This document shows, piece by piece, positions 56,626-64,000 of a DNA stretch of 64,000 nt. This DNA comes from Bacteroidota bacterium. GTDB taxonomy: Bacteria; Bacteroidota; Bacteroidia; AKYH767-A; 2013-40CM-41-45. The DNA is taken from contig JANOVM010000057.1 of assembly GCA_031417395.1 (NCBI GenBank), positions 18,078 to 82,077 of the forward strand. The letters are read 5' to 3'. The notes beneath the pieces were generated by a model. The model was not told the origin of the DNA and did no database searches. It saw nothing but the letters and a program-made list of their open reading frames with translations. Position numbers and translations under genes: made by a program. Position 1 is the stretch's first letter, and each line of letters opens with the position of its first letter.

Positions 56626-57930
56626 ATGAAATCAGCTAAAGTTGAATTAGACAACAAGATTTATGAAATCCCGGTGATAACCGGAACAGAAAATGAAATG
56701 GCAATTGATATTTCCAATCTGCGCAGTCAGACCGGATACATAACGTTGGATACAGGTTATAAAAATACAGGAGCAACACAGAGTGCCATTACTTTTCTGG
56801 ATGGAGAAAAGGGGATTTTAAGATACAGGGGATATCCTATTGAGCAATTGGCTGATCAATCAACTTTTCTGGAGGTAGCATATCTTCTTATCTATGGTGA
56901 ATTGCCAACGAAAGATGAATTAGAAAAATTCATTACCGGTATAACACACCACAGCCTGATTCATGAAGACATGAAAAAATTTTACGAAGGGTTTCCCGGC
57001 AAGGCACATCCTATGGGTGTACTGGCATCAATGATGTGTGCTTTGTCAACTTTTTATCCTGAAGCTCAAAAGACGGATATGAGTAAACTGGAGATTGATC
57101 TCACCATTCAGCGGTTAATCGCTAAATGTTCTACTATTGCAGCCTGGTCTTATAAAAAATCTCAGGGTTTTCCGACGATGTATCCGAAGAATAAGTTGAG
57201 CTATTGTGAGAATTTTCTTTACATGATGTTTGCTCAGCCTACTGAAGAATTTCCATTAAACGATACAGTAAAGAAAGCGCTAGACATATTACTAATTCTC
57301 CACGCCGACCATGAGCAGAATTGTTCAACCTCTACGGTAAGGCTTGCAGGATCATCTCAGGCCAGTTTATATGCTGCAATATCTTCGGGAATATGTGCAT
57401 TATGGGGGCCTTCTCACGGAGGAGCAAATCAGGCCGTGATAGAAATGCTTGAAATGATTCATCAGGGAGGAAGCAGCGTTGACTCTTGGGTTGAAAAAGC
57501 AAAGGATAAAAACAGCAAATTTCGTCTGATGGGTTTTGGTCACCGCGTTTATAAAAATTTTGATCCGCGGGCAAAAATAATTAAGAAAGCATGCGATGAT
57601 GTTTTAAAAGAGCTGGGCATTCAGGATCCTTTACTTGATATTGCCAAATCGTTGGAGGAAGTTGCTTTAACGGATAATTATTTCATAGAAAAAAAATTGT
57701 ATCCTAACGTTGACTTCTACTCCGGAATCCTGTATCGTGCTATAGGTATTCCTACAGATATGTTCACCGTTATGTTTGCCATGGGAAGAATGCCGGGCTG
57801 GATTGCTCAATGGAAAGAAATGAGAGAAGGTGGGGAGCCAATTGCCAGACCGAGACAAATTTATACGGGATATACTCAGCGACCTTATGTGAAGATTAAT
57901 AACAGGAAGCCGGTTGGTGTAAGCATCTAG
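56626..57930 (+). CDS. gltA: citrate synthase
   Basis: The citrate synthase signature GFGHRVYKNFDPRA. N-terminal ...FLDGEKGILRYRGYPIEQLA parallels E. coli GltA. Confidence 0.9.
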   Translation: MKSAKVELDNKIYEIPVITGTENEMAIDISNLRSQTGYITLDTGYKNTGATQSAITFLDGEKGILRYRGYPIEQLADQSTFLEVAYLLIYGELPTKDELEKFITGITHHSLIHEDMKKFYEGFPGKAHPMGVLASMMCALSTFYPEAQKTDMSKLEIDLTIQRLIAKCSTIAAWSYKKSQGFPTMYPKNKLSYCENFLYMMFAQPTEEFPLNDTVKKALDILLILHADHEQNCSTSTVRLAGSSQASLYAAISSGICALWGPSHGGANQAVIEMLEMIHQGGSSVDSWVEKAKDKNSKFRLMGFGHRVYKNFDPRAKIIKKACDDVLKELGIQDPLLDIAKSLEEVALTDNYFIEKKLYPNVDFYSGILYRAIGIPTDMFTVMFAMGRMPGWIAQWKEMREGGEPIARPRQIYTGYTQRPYVKINNRKPVGVSI

Positions 57931-58066
57931 TTGAGAAAATTATCCATTTTAGGCACGTGAATCTTTTTTCATGAACGTTGTATTCAATATGGTAAATAAA
58001 TATTCCGGTACGAATATTTTTTGAAAATTAATACTCAGCTTTGCATTTATTAATTTAACATCTAAA

Positions 58067-59809
58067 ATGAAATCACTCATGAACATTAAACTCGTTTTTG
58101 TTGTCGCTTCGTTCACGCTTCTTATTTTAGTTTTCGAAAAATCAATGGCACAATCACCGGATTGGCTTTGGGCTAATAAAATAGGTGGTTCAAGCAGCGA
58201 TAAAGGACAAGCAATAGCTACCGATGCTTTTGGAAATGTGTATACTACAGGATCATTCAAAGGACAAGTTGATTTTGATCCGGGCTTAGCCGTAAATTAT
58301 ATTACATCAGGCGGAGACCTGGATATATTCATTTCTAAGTTGGATGCATCAGGTAATTATTTATGGGCAAAAGCATTTGAAGGAATTAATACGGATGAGG
58401 GCTTATCGATAACTGTTGATGCTTCCGGAAATATTTACACTACGGGATATTTTCAAGGCACAGTTGATTTTGATCCTGGTCCGGGAACCTATAATATGAC
58501 TTCTGCGGGAGTGTTTGATGTTTTCATTTCTAAACTGGATGGTTCCGGTAATTTTATTTGGGCAAAACGAATGGGCGGATCCGGTATTGATGAAGGTAAG
58601 TCAATAGCAATCGATTCTTCCGGATATGTTTATGCAGCAGGCTATTTTTCAGCAACTGCAGATTTTAATCCTGATTCAGCAAATAGTTTTAATTTGACTA
58701 CTGCCGGTGGGAAAGACATATTTATTTCCAAACTTGATAATCAGGGAAACTTTGTATGGGCAAAAGCAATGGGTGGAACAGGAGGGGACGAATGTCTTGA
58801 TTTAATACTTGATGCTTCCGGAAATGTTTTTATCTCAGGTTATTTTGTTCAAACTGCTGACTTTGATCCGGGAGCCGGAACGGTTAATCTTACTTCTGCA
58901 GGAGGCAGCGACATATATATTTCCAAATTGGACAACTCAGGAAATTATGTATGGGCAAAATCAATTGGTAAAACAAATCCCGATTGGGGGTATTCAATCG
59001 CCCTTGATAATTTTGGTAATATTTATACAACAGGTTATTACTCAGGAATAGTCGATTTTGACCCGGGGCCCGGCTATTTTGATTTAACTTCTACAGGAAG
59101 CAATTCAATTTTCATTTCCAAATTGGACAGCTCCGGCAATTTTGTTTGGGCTAAGTCAATGGGAGGAAACGGATTTGCAACTGCATATTCAATAGCAATT
59201 GATATTGCAGGTAGCGGAGATGTATACACTACAGGTTATTTCTCAACTACGGTCGACTTTGACCCGGGATCTGGAATTGTAAATATTACTTCTAACGGTA
59301 ACGATGATATTTTTATTTCCAAATTGGATTCTTCCGGCAATTTTGTTTGGGCAAAAGCAATTGGCGGAACAAATGCAGATTACGGTCAGTCGCTTGCTAT
59401 TAGTTCAACCGGAAAAATATATTTGACAGGATGGTTTTCAAGCGCATCTATATCCTTTGGAACATTCTCTGTGGCAAATACAGTTACAACCGGATTTCCG
59501 GAAATTTTAATTGCCAAACTGGATAATTTAATTAATGGAATTGAACCATCTGTAAATGGCAATAGGGTATCTGTTTATCCAAATCCTGCAAGAGATCAAC
59601 TAATTATTGAATTGAATGGAATGCACAGAAATTTGGAAATTTCTTTATATGATCTAACAGGAAAAATCATTCCGGTAAGAATCGATAACTCGGCTGAAAA
59701 TACGTACAGGGTAGGGAATAATGTTCTTGATCAATCTCCCGGAATTTATTTAATGCAAATTAAAACAGATGATTTTATTGAAACAAAAAGAATAGCCATT
59801 ATTAAATAG
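58067..59809 (+). CDS. SBBP-repeat beta-propeller protein with T9SS C-terminal domain
   Basis: About 8 repeats of the type SGN.IWAK..GG...D.G.SIA.D.SGNIYTTGYF.GT.DFDPG. The C-terminus VYPNPARDQLIIELNG is a T9SS CTD. Confidence 0.7.
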   Translation: MKSLMNIKLVFVVASFTLLILVFEKSMAQSPDWLWANKIGGSSSDKGQAIATDAFGNVYTTGSFKGQVDFDPGLAVNYITSGGDLDIFISKLDASGNYLWAKAFEGINTDEGLSITVDASGNIYTTGYFQGTVDFDPGPGTYNMTSAGVFDVFISKLDGSGNFIWAKRMGGSGIDEGKSIAIDSSGYVYAAGYFSATADFNPDSANSFNLTTAGGKDIFISKLDNQGNFVWAKAMGGTGGDECLDLILDASGNVFISGYFVQTADFDPGAGTVNLTSAGGSDIYISKLDNSGNYVWAKSIGKTNPDWGYSIALDNFGNIYTTGYYSGIVDFDPGPGYFDLTSTGSNSIFISKLDSSGNFVWAKSMGGNGFATAYSIAIDIAGSGDVYTTGYFSTTVDFDPGSGIVNITSNGNDDIFISKLDSSGNFVWAKAIGGTNADYGQSLAISSTGKIYLTGWFSSASISFGTFSVANTVTTGFPEILIAKLDNLINGIEPSVNGNRVSVYPNPARDQLIIELNGMHRNLEISLYDLTGKIIPVRIDNSAENTYRVGNNVLDQSPGIYLMQIKTDDFIETKRIAIIK

Positions 59810-59897
59810 GATTTTCCAAAATAGTAATATGCTTGGGATTGATTGGAATATAAATCTTTATGACAGCATCAAACAGAGCCGGTATTAGAAAACATCC

Positions 59898-62417
59898 ATG
59901 ATCCTGAAATACAAAAATTATTTTTATTTTTTATTATTCGCTTTTATTGGTTATGTAATTTATAAATTTCAAATAGAGAAGAGTTTTAATTTACTTTCGA
60001 TTTATTTGCTAAGTATTACTTTTAGCTTTTTCTGTTTTATTTTAAAAATTGACCCGAGAAAAACACTTCCTGTTTTATTTGTAGTATCATTATTTGTAAT
60101 GTATGGCTTAAGTATTGAGGATGGATTGTATCAATTTAAGTTCTACACTTTTGCCATTTTAATTTCCGTTATACTATTGTTATTGGTTGTGCTGTTGGCC
60201 AATTACACACTATTGATTAAAAAAATTATCACAATAGCTATTTCTATAGTATTGGCCGGAATATACATTATCAACCGGGAAGCGTTTTCAGACTATAAGT
60301 ATATACCATTTGTAATTGGTAGTTTATTTATGTTTAGAAGCATTAGCTTTCTTCATGAAATCAAATTTATGAAGCGCGAGATTCCTTTGTTGGACAAGGT
60401 CAATTATTTTCTTTTGCCGCCAAATTTATCAATGCCCTTATTCCCAATTGTTGATTATAAATCTTTTATTTCTTCATACGAAGGGATAACCCCAAACACG
60501 CTAAGAAGAAGTTCATTATTAATTTGCCGTGGTTTGGTGCAGATGATAATTTACCGTTTTATTTATCATAAAATCATAATTCCTTTTGATGAAATCCATA
60601 CTGCTTTGCAGGTATTGACTTTCCTGATAGCAAATTTCCTGATAGTGCTGCGCGTGATCGCTGCTTTTCATATTGCCATTGGTCTGGTTATTCTTACGGG
60701 GTATAATATTCCGGATATTTTTAACAACATCTTTTTTTCTACGGGATTTAGCAATTTGTGGAGAAGAACGAATATGTACTGGCGGAATTTTATGATTAAA
60801 ATATTTTATTACCCGATTTATTTTAAAATAAAAAAAATCGGTATTTATCCGGCATTGTTTATTTCCACATTTATCTGCTTTATTATAACATGGATATTGC
60901 ATACCTATCAATGGTTTTGGTTAAAAGGGACATTCCCTCTTGAATTGAAAGACGCTATCTTTTGGGGTTCTTTTGGAATATTGGTGTCTGTTAACACACT
61001 TTTGCAACAGAGAGATCTGGACCGGTCTGTTACAAAGAAGGAGAATGTTCTTACAATTATTAAGCAGGCGTTTTCCGGTTTGATAGTCCTTTTTGTTATG
61101 TCTGTTTTATGGAGCATTTGGACCTGTAATTCGTTGCTAAATTGGTGGACAATTATTAAAGCATGTACAAATATAGATTACTATCAAGTTAAGCATATCG
61201 TTTTGTTTTCTGTTATTTATATTGGTATCGCTGCTGTATATCATTTTTCAGAAAAGGAAAAAAACAATCGATCCATTGCATTCAAAAAAATCATTTCCGG
61301 GTTTTCATACATAGGTTTTGTTTTATTTTGCCTCTTCCTTCTTGTCACAAGCCAACCGGAACGGAATTATGGCGGTAAATTGTTTAATAAAGCATCTGTT
61401 GCACCATTGTTAAGGGAACATCTTAATCGAGCCGATTTAATTTCAATTGATAATGGCTATTATACGAACCTGATAAGCACTAATAATTATTGCTCTCAGA
61501 TTTGGGCCAATGATTACGATATTTCCGGGAACTGGTCAAAAAATATTACAAAAATGACTACAAGGTCCAGTAATGATTTAATGTTAACGGAAAATATTCC
61601 ATTGGCTTCTGTAAAATACAATGGCATAGTATACACGTTAAATAAAGATGGTTTGCGTGATAAAGAATATTCAAAAATAAAACCCGATTCCTGCTATAGA
61701 ATTATCATTTTAGGAGGTTCCTTTGAGTGTGGAAATGGAATGAACGATGGTGAAGATTTTATTAGTCTCGTTGAAACGGAATTGAATGATAAATATCGCG
61801 CTACGATTAATAATAAACCGATACACATTGAACTAATAAATTTTTCTTCAAACGGGTACAGACTATTTCAGCGTTTATATCAATATAAGGATAAAGCGCG
61901 TTATTGGAATCCTGATGCAGTTTTCGTTTTTATTCATACTAACTATCATCATCGTATTTCCAGTTATGTTAATCGTTTAGTATATCAGGGTTATTCCATT
62001 AACGATCCTTATTTGAAAAACATTATTGAAATGAGAAAAATCACTAAAGAAGATAATGGTGATGTAATAAGAGAGAAGCTCGGAGAATATGCTGATTCAA
62101 TTAATTATTATGCTTTAAGAAACATAAGTGAGATAGCCCACAGAAATAATACCACGCCTGTCGCTGTCTATTTGCCGGCAATAAAGGATAAGAACCTGAA
62201 AAGCGATAGCCTTTTTGTGGAAGATATTTGTAGTAAATATGACATGAAAAAAATCAGCTTAACGGGAGTTTTTGACGGATATGAAAAAAAGGACTTGGTT
62301 TTATCAAATTTGGATTTTCACCCCAATAAGAAGGCAAATGGTTTGATTGCAAATAAACTGCTTGAAAGTATAATTAACCATCAGGACTATTTTAATATTC
62401 AGTTTACTCGGAAATAA
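59898..62417 (+). CDS. MBOAT-family membrane O-acyltransferase fused to a C-terminal extracytoplasmic SGNH/AlgJ-like domain (polysaccharide O-acylation type)
   Basis: Multi-TM N-terminal half with LWRRTNMYWRNF...YYPIYF and, about 40 aa later, WILHTYQWFWL (MBOAT N...H pair). A further TM helix follows, then a soluble domain with IIILGGSFECGNG. Confidence 0.55.
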   Translation: MILKYKNYFYFLLFAFIGYVIYKFQIEKSFNLLSIYLLSITFSFFCFILKIDPRKTLPVLFVVSLFVMYGLSIEDGLYQFKFYTFAILISVILLLLVVLLANYTLLIKKIITIAISIVLAGIYIINREAFSDYKYIPFVIGSLFMFRSISFLHEIKFMKREIPLLDKVNYFLLPPNLSMPLFPIVDYKSFISSYEGITPNTLRRSSLLICRGLVQMIIYRFIYHKIIIPFDEIHTALQVLTFLIANFLIVLRVIAAFHIAIGLVILTGYNIPDIFNNIFFSTGFSNLWRRTNMYWRNFMIKIFYYPIYFKIKKIGIYPALFISTFICFIITWILHTYQWFWLKGTFPLELKDAIFWGSFGILVSVNTLLQQRDLDRSVTKKENVLTIIKQAFSGLIVLFVMSVLWSIWTCNSLLNWWTIIKACTNIDYYQVKHIVLFSVIYIGIAAVYHFSEKEKNNRSIAFKKIISGFSYIGFVLFCLFLLVTSQPERNYGGKLFNKASVAPLLREHLNRADLISIDNGYYTNLISTNNYCSQIWANDYDISGNWSKNITKMTTRSSNDLMLTENIPLASVKYNGIVYTLNKDGLRDKEYSKIKPDSCYRIIILGGSFECGNGMNDGEDFISLVETELNDKYRATINNKPIHIELINFSSNGYRLFQRLYQYKDKARYWNPDAVFVFIHTNYHHRISSYVNRLVYQGYSINDPYLKNIIEMRKITKEDNGDVIREKLGEYADSINYYALRNISEIAHRNNTTPVAVYLPAIKDKNLKSDSLFVEDICSKYDMKKISLTGVFDGYEKKDLVLSNLDFHPNKKANGLIANKLLESIINHQDYFNIQFTRK

Positions 62418-62560
62418 ATTTATTTGCGAAGTTGTTATTTTGGGATGTCATGTGTACGAATAGAATCCATGAACGGATATTCTGACAATTTGAAAAGAAG
62501 AGAATTTAACAATTGAGTCAATTGTCAAAATGCAAATTGTCAAATTATAACAAAAACAAC

Positions 62561-62591
62561 GGACGGATCCCGAAAGCTATCGAGGACCGTC
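62561..62591. terminator. bidirectional intrinsic terminator between convergent genes
   Basis: ggacggatcc-cgaaagctatcga-ggaccgtc hairpin with a U-rich tract on both strands (tgggttttgtttt on +, gttgtttttgtt on -). Confidence 0.5.
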
Positions 62592-62802
62592 TAAGCGTCG
62601 TGGGTTTTGTTTTATTTGATGGATGGAAAGAAACAAAGTGGGGATAAGTAGTCCTTCACAGCTGGACAAGATCGAAACATGAGTATCAATAACTATACTA
62701 CCAATAACATTCATTTTTCCGGAGGAGCACAAAGGCATGATGATCCAACAAGAGTTTGAAGAACCGATTATTTCCCATGATACTGCAAAAGGGATCAACA
62801 AG

Positions 62803-64000
62803 TCATTGTTTCACAAGCTTCGTAGTTTGTGTTTTTCCGGCTGACAATAACTTACAGAAATAAATTCCTTTATTCAATTGAGACAAATCAATTGTGATTT
62901 TATTTTCCCCTAATTTAATATTTTTGACAGCTATGGATTTTACTTCTCTTCCCGTCAAATCAACGATTGAAAGTGAAGCGTTTTTTATTTCTGATAAATA
63001 AAATTCTAAAACAGCTGTAGAAGAAAAGGGATTAGGATAAACCAACAAATTATTTTCATTTGTATAAGTGCTTTCCTTTATTGAAGTAGGTGTAGTACAA
63101 ACACTCAAACTTTTATCCAAACAACTATAACCAACCACACCATTAGGATTAAATATTGCAGCTCCATTGCCCATCGTATTAATCCATATGTTGCCAAACG
63201 TATCCAATGCCATACGACTTACTTGCTTTTCCGGTAATCCTGAATTAGTTGTAGTATACGTTACCCACGAAGTTCCATCGAAGGAAAGTACTCCTTGAGG
63301 AACAGTGGGGAATACAGCGTCTTCGGCATGAATATATAATATACCGTTTGCATCAAAGACCAGCGTACTTACCCAGTCACCAAACATGGGAGTATTGTTG
63401 TGGTCGAATAATGTCCAGCTTGTATTGTCGAATTTATATAAGCCATGTTCTGTGGCAATCCATTTGTTGCCTAAGCTATCAAAAGCAATATCCAGTACAT
63501 TGCCGGCTTGCATAGGCGTATTAAGTGAAGTAAAAAATGTCCAATTGTTTTGGTCGTATTTTGCAAGTCCTGCCATACCACATACCCAGACATTATTGGA
63601 ATCATCTACACGAATGGAAGTGATTTCACCGACACCGCCAATCTGTGAGATGTTAAAATTGTTTGTCCACGAGTTGGTAGCATGACTATATTTTGATACC
63701 GTTGTGGCATATCTGTAACCCACCCAAACATTTCCGGTTTTATCTGCGCAAATCCTGGTGGTAGATCCCATAGGTATTCCGGCAGTAACATTATCCCAAA
63801 CAACCCAGGCTGCCGAATTATGTACATCGCCATTAGGTATTTGAACAACACCTCCCGGTGAGCCATCATAGAGCATCCAGATATCTCCATAACTATCTTC
63901 AGTAACGCCAACACCGGAACCTGTGTAAGTAATAGGCATAGGATAATGATTGCGATTATAGGGACTATAGCTTTCCCAATTCGGACAATCGAACATACTG
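62803..64000 (-). CDS. two-component-regulator-propeller (Reg_prop) repeat protein with T9SS CTD; N-terminus lies beyond the window end
   Basis: Repeats such as NNVWVCGMAGLAKYDQNNWTFF and GNKWIATEHGLYKFDNTSWTLF. The C-terminus LLVYPNPFSSTAVLEFYL...GIYFCKLL is a T9SS CTD. The ORF is open to position 64000. Confidence 0.6.
   Translation of the reverse strand, partial: SMFDCPNWESYSPYNRNHYPMPITYTGSGVGVTEDSYGDIWMLYDGSPGGVVQIPNGDVHNSAAWVVWDNVTAGIPMGSTTRICADKTGNVWVGYRYATTVSKYSHATNSWTNNFNISQIGGVGEITSIRVDDSNNVWVCGMAGLAKYDQNNWTFFTSLNTPMQAGNVLDIAFDSLGNKWIATEHGLYKFDNTSWTLFDHNNTPMFGDWVSTLVFDANGILYIHAEDAVFPTVPQGVLSFDGTSWVTYTTTNSGLPEKQVSRMALDTFGNIWINTMGNGAAIFNPNGVVGYSCLDKSLSVCTTPTSIKESTYTNENNLLVYPNPFSSTAVLEFYLSEIKNASLSIVDLTGREVKSIAVKNIKLGENKITIDLSQLNKGIYFCKLLSAGKTQTTKLVKQ

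Noticed and set aside
60760-60800. An apparent loss of the MBOAT catalytic His (WRRTNMYWRNF where AlgI/DltB have WRRWHISL)
   Set aside because: That position is Asn, Asp or His in different MBOATs. The invariant His lies about 40 residues downstream and is present here (WILHTYQWF). There is no evidence of inactivation.
62577-62801. A 74-aa minus-strand ORF between convergent genes
   Set aside because: It overlaps the bidirectional terminator hairpin and is low-complexity with no motifs. It is likely spurious.
1-64000. tRNA, rRNA or other structured RNA genes
   Set aside because: I scanned the intergenic regions by eye and found no cloverleaf-compatible 70-90-nt segments or rRNA-like conserved blocks. 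Small RNAs cannot be excluded without covariance-model searches.

Overview
This looks like an AT-rich chromosomal segment from a Bacteroidota genome. Many proteins end in type IX secretion (T9SS) C-terminal sorting domains. There are SprB-type repeats and gliding-motility CHU_C domains. Putative promoters carry the TAnnTTTG -7 element typical of Bacteroidota.

I can support about 44 protein-coding genes and no rRNA, tRNA or CRISPR. Firm anchors are citrate synthase, an M3 peptidyl-dipeptidase, a POT peptide transporter and a multicopper oxidase. The rest is accessory-like secreted cargo: PKD/CHU_C adhesins, an M43-like metalloprotease, SBBP and Reg_prop propellers, and a 1485-aa CotH-like protein.

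The observations I rank highest:
- A double-glycine leader peptide pair sits next to a C39-peptidase ABC exporter and a HlyD partner (45.7-50.2 kb).
- A copper-handling module holds an AraC regulator with an HMA-like metal-binding domain, a multicopper oxidase and a 38-aa Cys-rich ORF that the ORF track missed. A 67-bp bipartite promoter/operator element is duplicated upstream of two transcription units there.
- A ~105-bp duplication of a methyltransferase 3' end brackets a ~6.6-kb segment. That segment carries two paralogous Cys-motif secreted proteins and a propeller-sensor adenylate cyclase.
- An AbiEii/MenT-like nucleotidyltransferase sits with an overlapping small upstream ORF.
- A PGM1-like ATP-grasp ligase converges on a PhyH dioxygenase.
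- GC-rich inverted-repeat clusters flank a J-domain gene.

All calls come from reading the translated ORFs and the DNA by eye. No database searches were run.
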